Part shown: positions 1 to 9,605 of the stretch, one piece after another
Layout: each line of letters opens with the position of its first letter
How positions within the stretch are numbered: the first letter of the stretch is position 1
Assembly: GCA_026387335.1 (NCBI GenBank)
Contig: JAPLLX010000004.1
Coordinates: 255,045-319,044 of the forward strand
Direction: 5' to 3'
Source: Candidatus Omnitrophota bacterium
Lineage (GTDB): Bacteria > Omnitrophota > Gorgyraeia > Gygaellales > Profunditerraquicolaceae
Length of the DNA: 64,000 nucleotides
The notes under the pieces: generated by a model
Told to the model about the DNA's origin: nothing
Seen by the model: only the letters and a program-made list of their open reading frames with translations
The model's database searches: none
Program-made: the position numbers and the translations under genes

Positions 1-655
1 GCTCTTTTTCTAACTCGGTATATTCTTCGTTGAGCTGAGCAAACTCGGCCTTAGGGACCCACTCGCTTATTTTTTCTTTTTTATTAAATTCCGTAATCTT
101 AGCTTCGTGAGCCTTAATCTCCTGAAGATGTTTTTCGATCTGATGTTTTTGTATCTCTATTTGTTCGGACTTCTCCCGGATGGTGTCTTCCAACTCCTTA
201 ATCCTGTTATTCAGCTCTCTTACGTCGCGCACGGCATTTACATTCTTGGTAAATTCACTCTGCAGCTCTTTTTCTTTTACGCCAAAGCTTTTTTTCAGCT
301 CGGCGTTTTCCGCCTTAACTTTATTCAGCATCTCCTCGGAGGTAGCCACCCACTCCTGCCTGCGCTTTAATTCTTGCTCCAGTTGCTCGTGTTTATTTAT
401 TGCCTCCTGAAACTGGGCCTTCTCTTTTTCATATTCGGATTTAGCCTTTTCAGCATCCACCTTTATGCTCTTGATTTCTTCCTCTAACCTTAATATTTTC
501 TTCTCTTTTAATTCGGACATGGGGCCATCCGCGGTAAGCCCGGCTTTCTTCTTGGCCTTCGGCGCTTGGCCCTGGCTCCCGGTAGAAAAGACCGAAAGGA
601 GGGCGTAGATAACCAGTCCCACTCCTGATACAAAGAGTATTATTATTAAAATCAT
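1..655 (-). CDS. membrane-anchored coiled-coil protein, N-terminus complete (ATG at 655-653), 3' end runs off the window
   Basis: Own minus-strand translation: MILIIILFVSGVGLVIYALL (TM helix), then more than 190 aa of K/E-rich coiled-coil-like sequence with no stop down to position 1. Absent from the ORF track only because it is truncated by the window edge. Confidence 0.45.
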   Translation of the reverse strand, partial: MILIIILFVSGVGLVIYALLSVFSTGSQGQAPKAKKKAGLTADGPMSELKEKKILRLEEEIKSIKVDAEKAKSEYEKEKAQFQEAINKHEQLEQELKRRQEWVATSEEMLNKVKAENAELKKSFGVKEKELQSEFTKNVNAVRDVRELNNRIKELEDTIREKSEQIEIQKHQIEKHLQEIKAHEAKITEFNKKEKISEWVPKAEFAQLNEEYTELEKE

Positions 656-661
656 TTTAGA

Positions 662-1972
662 TCATCCTTGAGCCTTGCGTAACTTATCCAGGCGCTCTTT
701 AATTTTTGCTTCATACCCTATTTGCGTCGGCTCATAGTAACGGACCCTTTTCCGGGTATACTTTTGTTTCACGTAATGGCCCGGATAATCATGGGCATAT
801 TTATAACCCTTACCGTGCCCCAGGGCTTCCTCGTCCAAAGAAGCATCTTTAAGATGGTCCGGAACATCCTGAACCTTTTTATTCTCTATATCTTGTAAGG
901 CTTTGTCAATCGCTAAATAGCTGGCGTTGGATTTTGGCGCGCAGGAAACATAAATTACCGCCTGAGCCAAAGGAATACGCGCTTCAGGCAGGCCTACAAA
1001 TTCCGCGATTTGTAATGCGGCGTTGGCTAACACCAAAGCCAGCGGATCGGCATTACCTACATCCTCGGCTGCCAGGATACAGACCCGGCGGGCTATAAAC
1101 CTGGGGTCTTCTCCGGAATAAAGCATTTTCGCCATCCAGTAAATGGCCGCGTCCGGGTCAGAGCCGCGCATAGACTTAATGAAGGCGGAAGCGGTATCGT
1201 AATGGCCGTCTTCATCTTTATCATAGACAACAGCTTTTTTCTGAATGGATTCCTGGGCTACCTCTAAATTAAAATTAATATACCCATCCTTGGATTTAGG
1301 CGTGGTTAAAACCCCTACCTCCAAAGCGTTAAGGGCGCGCCGGGCGTCGCCTTCAGAAGTTTTAGCTAGAAACTCCAGGGCTTGCTTATCCGCGTTAACC
1401 TTTAAGTTGCCTAATCCCCGCTCTTTGTCTTTTAGCGCGGAATTTAAAATAACTAAAACTTCATTCTCTTTGAGGGATTTTAATTCACAGACCAGCGAGC
1501 GGGAAAGCAGCGGGGCAGCGAGAGAGAAAAAGGGATTATGGACAGTGGCTCCGATTAATATGGGATTGCCGTCTTCTACATCCGGCAAGAGAACATCCTG
1601 CTGGGCCTTGTTAAAACGGTGGATCTCGTCGATAAAAAGGATGGTTTTTTGTCCGGAATTCGACTCTCTTTGTTTTGCCGCCGAGATTACCTTCCTTAAT
1701 TCCTCGACATTAGAAGTAGTGGCGTTAATAGATATGTAATGCGCTTTAGTCAGGTTGGCGACGCACCAGGCCAGGGAGGTCTTCCCCACTCCCGGCGGGC
1801 CAAACAAAATCAAGGAGCTTAAACGGTCTGCCTCTATCGCCCGGCGCAGGAGCTTACCCTTGCCCAAAATATGGCTCTGGCCCCTAAATTCATCCAGGGT
1901 TTTTGGCCGCATGCGCACAGCCAGGGGTAATTTACTTAAGTCGGTTTTTTTGTCTTCAATAAAAAAGTCCAT
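662..1972 (-). CDS. rarA: replication-associated recombination protein A (AAA+ ATPase RarA/MgsA)
   Basis: Walker A LFGPPGVGKTSLA, Walker B ILFIDEIHRFNKAQQD, conserved MgsA C-terminal region; 436 aa. Confidence 0.9.
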   Translation of the reverse strand: MDFFIEDKKTDLSKLPLAVRMRPKTLDEFRGQSHILGKGKLLRRAIEADRLSSLILFGPPGVGKTSLAWCVANLTKAHYISINATTSNVEELRKVISAAKQRESNSGQKTILFIDEIHRFNKAQQDVLLPDVEDGNPILIGATVHNPFFSLAAPLLSRSLVCELKSLKENEVLVILNSALKDKERGLGNLKVNADKQALEFLAKTSEGDARRALNALEVGVLTTPKSKDGYINFNLEVAQESIQKKAVVYDKDEDGHYDTASAFIKSMRGSDPDAAIYWMAKMLYSGEDPRFIARRVCILAAEDVGNADPLALVLANAALQIAEFVGLPEARIPLAQAVIYVSCAPKSNASYLAIDKALQDIENKKVQDVPDHLKDASLDEEALGHGKGYKYAHDYPGHYVKQKYTRKRVRYYEPTQIGYEAKIKERLDKLRKAQG

Positions 1973-2168
1973 AAAATGAAAATCCCCGCGTAAGTGCCGT
2001 TGGAATGAATAGTCTGAACCATTTGCTTTCAGGTGGGCGCCCTATTGGGCTCCCTTGAAATTAGTGTTGGTTCAACAATTATCAAATTTCCAACGAGCAC
2101 TGCAGGGATATCTAAAAGAACGTTTCTTTCCAATTAAAAGTATAGCACATACCGCAGGAAAATCAAGA

Positions 2169-4187
2169 TTACCTCATCTTGACCCCAAAGGTTTGCATAA
2201 GCGTCCCGCAAAGTAAATCCTGAATCGGTTGAATCTCTTTCTCGGTCAAAGTGCGTTCATTAGAACTATAGAAACAGGATAAAGTTAACCCCCTAAAGCC
2301 CGCGGGTATCTGCTTACCTTTATAATAATCCGTGATCCGGATATCGTTTAATAAGGGCTGGCCCTTCTGTCTTAATGCCAATAGTATATCTTTTACTGAA
2401 AGATCGTCTTTTAAAACAAAACTGATATCCCTGGTGATACCGGGATACTTAGGAAGTGGCGTAAATTTCTTATCCGGCCGGACAAAGGAAAAGAGTTTAT
2501 CCAGTGAAACCTCAAGCGCGAAAACTTCCCGGTTCTTTATGTTCAACCCCTCCAGCGCTTTAGGGCTAAGGCCTAACATTAAACCTACTTTTTCATTTTG
2601 GATACGGATTGCGCAGTTTAAGGCGCCTTGGTTATTAAATTCATAGCCCTGAATACCCAACCTAAGGAAGATTGTTTCTAATATACCTTTTAGATTGAGC
2701 AAACCTGCCTCATCCTTGACTAAACCCTGCTCAAGCAGAAAAGAATTTGTGCCGCTTAAGGCTAAACCTAAAACAAGCTCTTCTTTTGGCTTGGTTTCAC
2801 CGAGGAAGATATTGCCGATTTCGAAAATAGAAACATAATCCTGCTTCTGATTAATATTAAAGCTGACCGCCCGGCCCAATCCGGGTATAAGGGTAGGCCT
2901 GAGGATCTCCTGGTCCTGGCTTAAAGGATTCAGGATCTCTATGGGTTTAGTTAGATTCAGGTCTAAATTATTTAATACCGCCTTATCCAAGAGGCTATAA
3001 GTAGCTACCTCATTTACTCCTAAACCAACCAGAATCGCTTTGATAGCGGAAACCAAATCCCTTTTCTCTCTTACGGTTATCTCGGGTTTTACCGCCGGCT
3101 GGCTAGCCGGAATATTATCATAACCAAAAACCCGGGCCACCTCTTCAATCAAATCCACCTGCAGCTTTATATCCTGCCTAAAAGACGGAACCCCTACTTT
3201 AAAAACTTCCTTGGATTTTTGTCTGACCTTAAACCCCAACCCGCAGAGAATCTGTTTAATCTTAGGCCGCGTTATCTTTACCCCTAATATCTTGGCAACA
3301 TAAACTGTGTCTAAATCCACCCGTATTTCTTTGGGCTTGGTTAACCCACTAGATAAAAATAAAATATCTCCTCCCCCGCAAATTTCTTGGATTAACTGCG
3401 CTGCTCGGAGAGAAGCTTTTTCGACTATAGTTAAATCTACCCCCCGCTCAAACCTGTAACTTGCTTCGCTCTGTAAACCCAGCGCCTGCCTGCCGCGACG
3501 GACCACCACCGGATCAAAAATCGCAGCCTCTAATAAAACATTCCGGGTACTGGTAGTAACTTCAGTCTCTTTACCGCCCATGACTCCGGCAATAGCCACC
3601 GGTTTATTTCTATCGGCAATAACCAAAACCTTGCTTTTTAAATTTCTCTCTTCTTCATCTATGGCCAATAACTTCTCGCTATCTTTCGCCCGGCGCACGA
3701 TTATTTTATCCTGGCTCAGCTTATCCAGGTCAAAGGCGTGCAATGGCTCGCCCAATTCAAATAATACATAATTTGTGATATCCACGACATTATTCACGCT
3801 GCGGCAACCAATCAGTTCCAACCTTTTTCTTAGCCATTCCGGCGAGGGGGCCACCCGCACATTTCTGATTATCCTTGCGCTATAAAGAGGGCAATCTTTC
3901 TTATCTTCAATTTCAATTTTAAAATTGCCTTTGGCTGACCGGACTTTGCCTTTTGGATTCTGGATTTTAAGTTTTGTATTTGTTATCGCGGCTATTTCCC
4001 GGGCCACGCCTAAAACACTTAACCAATCCGGCCGGTTAGGGGTAATTTCGATCTCTAAAACAAAATCCCCGGCCTTTTCTTCCAAGGCTACTACCTCTAA
4101 TCCGGCCATGGTCAATTTAGCGGCCAGTTCTTTAGCCGGTATTTTAATATCTACAAAGTCCTTTAGCCAATTATAGGTTATTTTCAT
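2169..4187 (-). CDS. pheT: phenylalanine--tRNA ligase beta subunit
   Basis: MKITYNWLKDFVD N-terminus, 672 aa, directly downstream of pheS. Confidence 0.93.
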   Translation of the reverse strand: MKITYNWLKDFVDIKIPAKELAAKLTMAGLEVVALEEKAGDFVLEIEITPNRPDWLSVLGVAREIAAITNTKLKIQNPKGKVRSAKGNFKIEIEDKKDCPLYSARIIRNVRVAPSPEWLRKRLELIGCRSVNNVVDITNYVLFELGEPLHAFDLDKLSQDKIIVRRAKDSEKLLAIDEEERNLKSKVLVIADRNKPVAIAGVMGGKETEVTTSTRNVLLEAAIFDPVVVRRGRQALGLQSEASYRFERGVDLTIVEKASLRAAQLIQEICGGGDILFLSSGLTKPKEIRVDLDTVYVAKILGVKITRPKIKQILCGLGFKVRQKSKEVFKVGVPSFRQDIKLQVDLIEEVARVFGYDNIPASQPAVKPEITVREKRDLVSAIKAILVGLGVNEVATYSLLDKAVLNNLDLNLTKPIEILNPLSQDQEILRPTLIPGLGRAVSFNINQKQDYVSIFEIGNIFLGETKPKEELVLGLALSGTNSFLLEQGLVKDEAGLLNLKGILETIFLRLGIQGYEFNNQGALNCAIRIQNEKVGLMLGLSPKALEGLNIKNREVFALEVSLDKLFSFVRPDKKFTPLPKYPGITRDISFVLKDDLSVKDILLALRQKGQPLLNDIRITDYYKGKQIPAGFRGLTLSCFYSSNERTLTEKEIQPIQDLLCGTLMQTFGVKMR

Positions 4188-4188
4188 T

Positions 4189-5202
4189 TTAGAATTGTTT
4201 CAAAAACCTGAGGTCATTCTCAAAAAATAATCTTATATCGTTGATACCGTATTTAAGCATGGCTATCCTTTCTACCCCCAGGCCAAAGGCAAACCCCGTA
4301 TATTTTTTAGCATCAATCCCCACATGTTTAAAAACATGCGGGTGGATCATGCCTGAACCCAGAATTTCCAGCCAGCCCTTTCTTCCGCAAACAGAACAAC
4401 CCTTACCTTTACAGATTATGCAGGATATATCTACTTCTGCCGAAGGCTCGGTAAAAGGGAAAAAGTGCGGGCGAAAACGCATATTTATGGTATTGCCAAA
4501 AATAGCCTTAGCGAATTTTTCCAAAACGCCCTTGAGGTCAGAAAACTTTATCCCCGCGTCTACCATAAAACCTTCTATCTGATGAAACATAAAAGAGTGC
4601 GAGGCGTCCACCGCGTCAGGCCTGTACACCCGGCCAGGGACCACTATCGCTAACGGCGGTTTACGCTCTTGCATCGCGCGCACCTGCACCGGAGAGGTAT
4701 GGCTGCGCAAAAGTAATTTAGCGTAATCTTTAAGGTAAAAAGTATCAAATGCCTCCCGGGAAGGATGTTCCAGCGGTATATTTAATCCGGTAAAATTATT
4801 ATATTCGGTTTCTATCTCCGGGCCGTCGACAATAGAAAAACCTAGGCGGCTGAATATGGAGCAGATTTCATCGGTTATTTGGGTAACCGGATGCAAGTGG
4901 CCTAAGCCTTGAGCAATGCCGGGCATGCCAATATCAAAAGAAGTGTAGGTTGTATTTTCGGATTGAACAGAAAGAGTCTTTTGCTTATCTTCAACTAGCG
5001 CCAGCAGCCTGTTCTTAAGCGAGTTAACCTGCTGGCCAAACGCGGCCCGTTCATCTTTAGATAAAGACGGTATGGTGCTGGTCAATTCGGCGATTACCCC
5101 TTTTCTTCCTAAATATTTCAGGCGGAATTCTTCCAGTCCTTCAGAGGAATGCACGCCCTGAATATCCAGGTCTATCTGGGTAGAAATAGCGTTAATATCC
5201 AT
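4189..5202 (-). CDS. pheS: phenylalanine--tRNA ligase alpha subunit
   Basis: Class II aaRS motifs (FRPHFFPFTEPS, GSGMIHP), 337 aa, pheS-pheT adjacency. Confidence 0.93.
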   Translation of the reverse strand: MDINAISTQIDLDIQGVHSSEGLEEFRLKYLGRKGVIAELTSTIPSLSKDERAAFGQQVNSLKNRLLALVEDKQKTLSVQSENTTYTSFDIGMPGIAQGLGHLHPVTQITDEICSIFSRLGFSIVDGPEIETEYNNFTGLNIPLEHPSREAFDTFYLKDYAKLLLRSHTSPVQVRAMQERKPPLAIVVPGRVYRPDAVDASHSFMFHQIEGFMVDAGIKFSDLKGVLEKFAKAIFGNTINMRFRPHFFPFTEPSAEVDISCIICKGKGCSVCGRKGWLEILGSGMIHPHVFKHVGIDAKKYTGFAFGLGVERIAMLKYGINDIRLFFENDLRFLKQF

Positions 5203-5205
5203 AAC

Positions 5206-5553
5206 TTATTTTTTGGCCAGGCTGACTATTTTCTTAAAAGCCGCGTTATCTCTCACTGCCAAATCCGCTAAAATCTTGCGGTCCAGGTTTATTTTGGCTT
5301 TTTTAAGCCCATTCATAAAAACGCTGTAACTTAGGCCTTCGGCGCGGGCCGCAGCGTTAATCCGCGCGATCCAAAGGGCGCGTATCTCTCTTTTTTTATT
5401 GCGCCTGTCGCGATAAGCGTATTTTAATGCATGTAGAAGGGCGCGGCGGGCCTGCTGGAACTGCTTGGACCTATCTCCAAAAAAACCTTTAGCCTTTTTT
5501 AATACTCTCTTCTTTCTTCTGCGTGTAGCTGTGCTGTGTTTAATCTTGGCCAT
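5206..5553 (-). CDS. rplT: 50S ribosomal protein L20
   Basis: [26 protein letters not shown]... is canonical L20. The true start is taken at the internal ATG (5553), preceded by a GGAGA SD. The ORF-track N-terminal extension overlaps a palindromic element. Confidence 0.9.
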   Translation of the reverse strand: MAKIKHSTATRRRKKRVLKKAKGFFGDRSKQFQQARRALLHALKYAYRDRRNKKREIRALWIARINAAARAEGLSYSVFMNGLKKAKINLDRKILADLAVRDNAAFKKIVSLAKK

Positions 5554-5570
5554 TGTATCTCCTTTTAAAT

Positions 5571-5634
5571 AAATAGGGACAGCGACCATTTTTCTCTTCT
5601 AGGCGACCAAGAAAAATGGTCGCTGTCCCTATTT
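5571..5634. repeat. family A palindromic element, copy 1. Perfect 25-bp inverted repeat AAATAGGGACAGCGACCATTTTTCT ... AGAAAAATGGTCGCTGTCCCTATTT with 14-nt centre, centre in flipped orientation
   Basis: Seen directly; near-identical copies at 26448, 56866, 59328 and 61776. Fills the rpmI-rplT intergenic space. Confidence 0.9.
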
Positions 5635-5635
5635 A

Positions 5636-5836
5636 TTAACCATACGGTAACATCCGCTTAAGGTATTTTGTTTCTTTTTTGTTATCTAAAATATCTCTTT
5701 TTCTCAACTTCCTGATCCTCTTCATCTTCTTGCTGGAAGCAAGATGGCTCTTGCCGCCGCGAGAATATTTGATCTTACCTCTTTTGGTAAGCTTGAATCT
5801 TTTGGAAACACTTTTTTTGGTTTTTAATTTTCCCAT
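5636..5836 (-). CDS. rpmI: 50S ribosomal protein L35
   Basis: MGKLKTKKSVSKRFKLTKRGKIKYSRGGKSHL is typical L35; 66 aa. Confidence 0.9.
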   Translation of the reverse strand: MGKLKTKKSVSKRFKLTKRGKIKYSRGGKSHLASSKKMKRIRKLRKRDILDNKKETKYLKRMLPYG

Positions 5837-5850
5837 TTTTATCCTTTCAA

Positions 5851-6366
5851 CTATTTGGGCGCCACTACAAAAGACATAATTCTGCCTTCCATCATTGGCG
5901 GCTTCTCCACCTGTCCGTCGGTTTGCACATCCTGAATGAATTTATCTAAAACCTTTCTTCCTAAGTCCACATGCTCCATCTGCCTTCTGCGGAAAAAAAG
6001 GTTGATCCTGACTTTATCTTTTTTCTTTAAAAAACTAACCGCCTGTTTTACTTTGGTCTCAAAGTCATGGTCGTCAATATTAGGCTTTAGCCGGATCTCT
6101 TTCAACTTACCCTGCTTCTGGTGTTTCTTGGCCTCGCGCTCCTTCTTCTCCTCGTCGTATTTAAATTTACTGTAGTCAACTATGCGGCAGACCGGAGGAT
6201 TGGCGGAAGGCGCGACCTCCACTAAATCCAACTCCGACTGATTGGCTAAATCTAAAGCCCTTTGTATTGCCATTACCCCTAATTGATTACCGTCCGGGCC
6301 GACAACCCTGACCTGCGGAACCCTGATCCTATCGTTAGTGCGGATAAACTTTTTTATAGCAACCAC
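5851..6366 (-). CDS. infC: translation initiation factor IF-3
   Basis: VRVVGPDGNQLGVM...PPVCRIVDYSKFKYDE matches IF-3; infC-rpmI-rplT operon order. Confidence 0.9.
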   Translation of the reverse strand: MVAIKKFIRTNDRIRVPQVRVVGPDGNQLGVMAIQRALDLANQSELDLVEVAPSANPPVCRIVDYSKFKYDEEKKEREAKKHQKQGKLKEIRLKPNIDDHDFETKVKQAVSFLKKKDKVRINLFFRRRQMEHVDLGRKVLDKFIQDVQTDGQVEKPPMMEGRIMSFVVAPK

Positions 6367-6383
6367 CTCCTCTTTCTTGTTGG

Positions 6384-8117
6384 TTAAACAACTTTATCTT
6401 CTATTTCCTTTTTAGCCTTATTTATAAATTCATCCAGGCTCATTGTGCCCAGGTTCCCCTGGCCTTTTTTTCTTAACGCGACCGCGCCAGTTTTTTCCTC
6501 GCGCTCCCCCACCACCAGGCAATAAGGGACTTTGCTTAGCTCGGCATTGCGTATTCTTTTATCTAAGGTTTCATTGCGGCTATCTACTTCCACGCGGATA
6601 CCTTCAAGTTTGAGGGCTTGCTCTATTTTGGCGGCGTAATCCATCACCGTATCTTTAATCGGAATGACCAATACCTGCACCGGCGCCAGCCATAAAGGCA
6701 GATCCCCGTTATAATGCTCGACCAAGGCTCCCACAAAACGCTCCAGGCTCCCCAAGAGAACCCGGTGCAGCATTATTGGTTGCCGCTCTTTCCCTTCCTT
6801 ATCAATATAGGCTAAATTAAACCTCTTGGGAAGAGCAAAGTCGCATTGTATGGTGGCGCATTGCCAGGATCTTTTTAAGGCATCTTTTAATTTTATATCG
6901 ATCTTTGGCCCGTAAAAAGCTCCGTCCCCTTCATTAATATCATAGGCCAGGCCTTTTTCTTTCAGGGCCTCTTCCAGCGCTTGGGTCGCCAATTTCCAAT
7001 CTTCTTCTGAGCCGATATATTTTTCCGGCCGGGTGCTTAATTCAATGCTCACGTCATTGAACCCAAAGACTTTCATCGTCTCAAAAACAAAATCAATGAC
7101 TGCTTTTATCTCCGGCTTCAATTGCTCCGGCAAACAAAAAATATGGGCATCATCCTGGGTAAACCCGCGCACGCGTAAGAGCCCGTGTAAAACCCCGGCT
7201 TTTTCCCGGCGGTAAACTGTCCCCAACTCAAAATAGCGGATCGGTAAATCTTTGTAGCTTCTGGTCTTGGATTTATAAATTAAAATATGGCCCGGACAAT
7301 TCATCGGCTTTAAAACATATTCCTGTTCATCTACTTTGAGAGTAAACATATTATCTTTGTAGTAATCGTAGTGGCCGCTGGTCTTCCATAAGCCCGCCTG
7401 CATAATATGCGGAGTAATGACGATTGCGTAGCCGCGCTTAAGATGTTCTTTCCTTTCATAATCCTCAATAATAGTGCGTAAGAGCGCGCCTTTGGGATGA
7501 TAAAATACTAACCCCGCCCCTGCTTCTTCATGATAAATATCAAAGAGCTCTAAGCTAGGGCCCAATTTTCTATGGTCGCGTAATTTGGCTTCCTCTAAAT
7601 TCTTTAAATGCTCATCCAGTTCTTTTTTGCTCTCAAAACAAGTTCCGTAAATCCTCTGGAGCATCGGATTTGTTTCTATACCGTGCCAATACGCTCCGGC
7701 AACGGATAACAATTTAAAGGCCTTGATTCCTCCGGTGGACTCAATATGCGGGCCGCGGCATAGATCCAGGAAATCCTTACCTGTCCTATAAATTGAGACT
7801 TTTGTCTCGGGCAAGGCGTTGATTAACTCTATTTTATAAGGCTCATCCAGCTTCTTAAATAAATCTAAGGCTGACTTTTTATCCAGCTCTTCCCGGATAA
7901 ATGGCTCGTCTTTGGTGATGATTTCGGCCATCTTCTTTTCAATCCTGGCTAAATCCTCGTCGGTAAAAGCATCTTTTTTGTCAAAGTCATAGTAGAACCC
8001 GTCCTCTATCGCCGGCCCAATGGCTAACTTTACATCGGGCCAAAGCTCTTTGACAGCTTCTGCCATTACATGGGAACAAGAATGTCTTAAAATTTCCAAA
8101 TTCATTTTATCGTTCAT
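6384..8117 (-). CDS. thrS: threonine--tRNA ligase (short form lacking the N-terminal TGS/N1 domain)
   Basis: LEILRHSCSHVMAEAVKELWPDVKLAIGPAIEDGFYYDF and class II core. The ORF-track start (8165) overlaps tRNA-Val, so the start is placed at the internal ATG at 8117. Confidence 0.88.
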   Translation of the reverse strand: MNDKMNLEILRHSCSHVMAEAVKELWPDVKLAIGPAIEDGFYYDFDKKDAFTDEDLARIEKKMAEIITKDEPFIREELDKKSALDLFKKLDEPYKIELINALPETKVSIYRTGKDFLDLCRGPHIESTGGIKAFKLLSVAGAYWHGIETNPMLQRIYGTCFESKKELDEHLKNLEEAKLRDHRKLGPSLELFDIYHEEAGAGLVFYHPKGALLRTIIEDYERKEHLKRGYAIVITPHIMQAGLWKTSGHYDYYKDNMFTLKVDEQEYVLKPMNCPGHILIYKSKTRSYKDLPIRYFELGTVYRREKAGVLHGLLRVRGFTQDDAHIFCLPEQLKPEIKAVIDFVFETMKVFGFNDVSIELSTRPEKYIGSEEDWKLATQALEEALKEKGLAYDINEGDGAFYGPKIDIKLKDALKRSWQCATIQCDFALPKRFNLAYIDKEGKERQPIMLHRVLLGSLERFVGALVEHYNGDLPLWLAPVQVLVIPIKDTVMDYAAKIEQALKLEGIRVEVDSRNETLDKRIRNAELSKVPYCLVVGEREEKTGAVALRKKGQGNLGTMSLDEFINKAKKEIEDKVV

Positions 8118-8125
8118 TTTCTTAA

Positions 8126-8202
8126 TGGTGGGCTCAAGTGGACTCGAACCACCGACCTTCTCCATGTCAAGGAGACACTCTAACCAGCTGAGCTATGAGC
8201 CC
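8126..8202 (-). tRNA. tRNA-Val (anticodon GAC), CCA encoded
   Basis: Hand-folded cloverleaf: acceptor GGGCTCA/TGAGCCC, anticodon stem TCTCC-TTGACAT-GGAGA, T-arm GGTGG-TTCGAGT-CCACT. Confidence 0.85.
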
Positions 8203-8206
8203 TCAA

Positions 8207-8290
8207 TGCCGGGAGAGGGACTTGAACCCACAAGGTCTTGCGACCGCGAGATTTTAAGTCTCGTGCGTTTGCCAATTTCGCCATCCCGGC
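8207..8290 (-). tRNA. tRNA-Leu (anticodon TAA), long variable arm, CCA not encoded
   Basis: Acceptor GCCGGGA/TCCCGGC, anticodon stem-loop CGAGA-CTTAAAA-TCTCG, variable arm GGTCGCAAGACC, T-loop TTCAAGT. One T-T mismatch in the T-stem. Confidence 0.75.
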
Positions 8291-8296
8291 GCAATT

Positions 8297-8971
8297 TTAA
8301 TTAACAATCGTTTTGCTTTTACTCCAGCCCCTTGGAGCAATACAACAGTTATGTGCTATCTTTGATTTTCTTTCTAAACCAAATGCGCCCTTATAATAAC
8401 AGTTCTTTAAAATGCCCGCTGCGGCTAGTTTACCATATTTCAAAGTATACAATTGGTGTATCCTGTGAGGACCAAAATCAGAATGTATTCTTCCCTTGCA
8501 TCCAGTTAAGTCTTCTATGCGTGACTCAAGCCATTTAATAAAAACTTTAGAGCCAGAGAAAATACGCAATGACCACTGCTCATGGTTATTGCTTGGATGT
8601 ATCCAACGCCGCAAGCAGCCATCTCCATCTATTATGCCTCTTAAAAAATCATTAAAGAATTCTTCTGGAATACTGAGCTTTTTTAACTTTAATGATTTGT
8701 TGGGTAAAAGACCGACTGATAATAAAAACTCGTACAAATTCTTATTCGCTATCTGTATGCGATAGGCCTGGTTAACATTGCCTTTATTCTTAATACCTAT
8801 CTTATTCACTAAACCCATGGATATTATAATCTTTGCCAGAAATTGCTTATCTGCCGAAGTTATGTCTATGTGCCTACCATCCTTGGCTAGGCACCCATCT
8901 GTTGTAATCAATCCTACCAGATACCAAAGGTTCGGTCCTGAAATGTGTAATTCTTTTCTATGTGCCGGCAT
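8297..8971 (-). CDS. free-standing LAGLIDADG homing endonuclease (two-motif monomeric type)
   Basis: Two LAGLIDADG motifs, LVGLITTDGCL and LRGIIDGDGCL, about 100 aa apart; 224 aa. Sits 6 nt from tRNA-Leu and 12 nt from tRNA-Cys. Confidence 0.8.
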   Translation of the reverse strand: MPAHRKELHISGPNLWYLVGLITTDGCLAKDGRHIDITSADKQFLAKIIISMGLVNKIGIKNKGNVNQAYRIQIANKNLYEFLLSVGLLPNKSLKLKKLSIPEEFFNDFLRGIIDGDGCLRRWIHPSNNHEQWSLRIFSGSKVFIKWLESRIEDLTGCKGRIHSDFGPHRIHQLYTLKYGKLAAAGILKNCYYKGAFGLERKSKIAHNCCIAPRGWSKSKTIVN

Positions 8972-8983
8972 TTTAATATTCTA

Positions 8984-9054
8984 GGCGCGGAGCGGAATCG
9001 AACCGCTGAATAACTGTTTTGCAGACAGTCGCCTTTCCTCTTGGCTACCGCGCC
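8984..9054 (-). tRNA. tRNA-Cys (anticodon GCA)
   Basis: Acceptor GGCGCGG/CCGCGCC, anticodon stem-loop ACTGT-CTGCAAA-ACAGT, T-arm GCGG-TTCGATT-CCGC; 71 nt, no CCA. Confidence 0.8.
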
Positions 9055-9059
9055 AAAAA

Positions 9060-9602
9060 TTAAACCCTTAACTTTACCTCTTTTACTATTAAGTCGATCT
9101 CTGCCAAGCAGCCGACGCCCGTAGCACCGCAAGCCAGTTTTCCTTTTCGGGGCCCGATAAATTTATAACCTAATGATTTTAATTTTCCGATATTGGCCTG
9201 GGTAATCTTATTATTATACATATTTTCATTCATCGCCGGTGCGATTAACACGGGAGCTTTGGAGGCGCATATCACGCAAGTCAACAAATCATCGCAAATA
9301 CCGCAGGCGATTTTAGCGATAATATTGGCGGTTGCCGGAGCAATAAGAATTAGATCCGCCTTTGTAGCTAAAGAGATATGCTCAATATTCCAGGCCTGCG
9401 GGCCTGCAAATAATCCCCGGTAAACTTTATTCCCGGAAAGGCTCTCAAAGACAACCGGCCTTATAAGTTCTTCCGATTCCGGTGTCTGGATTACAGTAAC
9501 CGAGCAGCCTTCGTCTCTTAGCCGGCGGATTATATCGCAGGCTTTATAAATCGCGATACTGGCAGTTACGCCTAAAACAATATTTTTAACTTTTGCCGCC
9601 AT
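9060..9602 (-). CDS. coaC: phosphopantothenoylcysteine decarboxylase (flavoprotein CoaC domain only, no CoaB ligase domain)
   Basis: IVLGVTASIAIYKACDIIRRLRDEG...LILIAPATANIIAKIACGICDDLL...APAMNENMY matches the CoaBC N-terminal half; 180 aa. Confidence 0.85.
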   Translation of the reverse strand: MAAKVKNIVLGVTASIAIYKACDIIRRLRDEGCSVTVIQTPESEELIRPVVFESLSGNKVYRGLFAGPQAWNIEHISLATKADLILIAPATANIIAKIACGICDDLLTCVICASKAPVLIAPAMNENMYNNKITQANIGKLKSLGYKFIGPRKGKLACGATGVGCLAEIDLIVKEVKLRV

Positions 9603-9605
9603 AAA

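Noticed and set aside
107-410. Plus-strand ORFs of 87 and 76 aa at the left edge
   Set aside because: The minus strand here carries a long uninterrupted coiled-coil ORF with a clear TM N-terminus and a start at 655. The plus-strand ORFs are Leu/Phe-rich mirror artefacts.
5553-5589. 12-aa N-terminal extension of rplT ([12 protein letters not shown]) in the ORF track
   Set aside because: The extension is encoded by the arm of a palindromic element. The canonical L20 start MAKIK at 5553 has a GGAGA Shine-Dalgarno sequence.
8207-8290. Possibility that the LAGLIDADG gene is an intron ORF of tRNA-Leu(UAA), as in cyanobacterial group I introns
   Set aside because: The tRNA-Leu folds as a contiguous 84-nt cloverleaf with an intact anticodon loop CTTAAAA. 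The endonuclease gene lies outside the tRNA, not in its anticodon loop.
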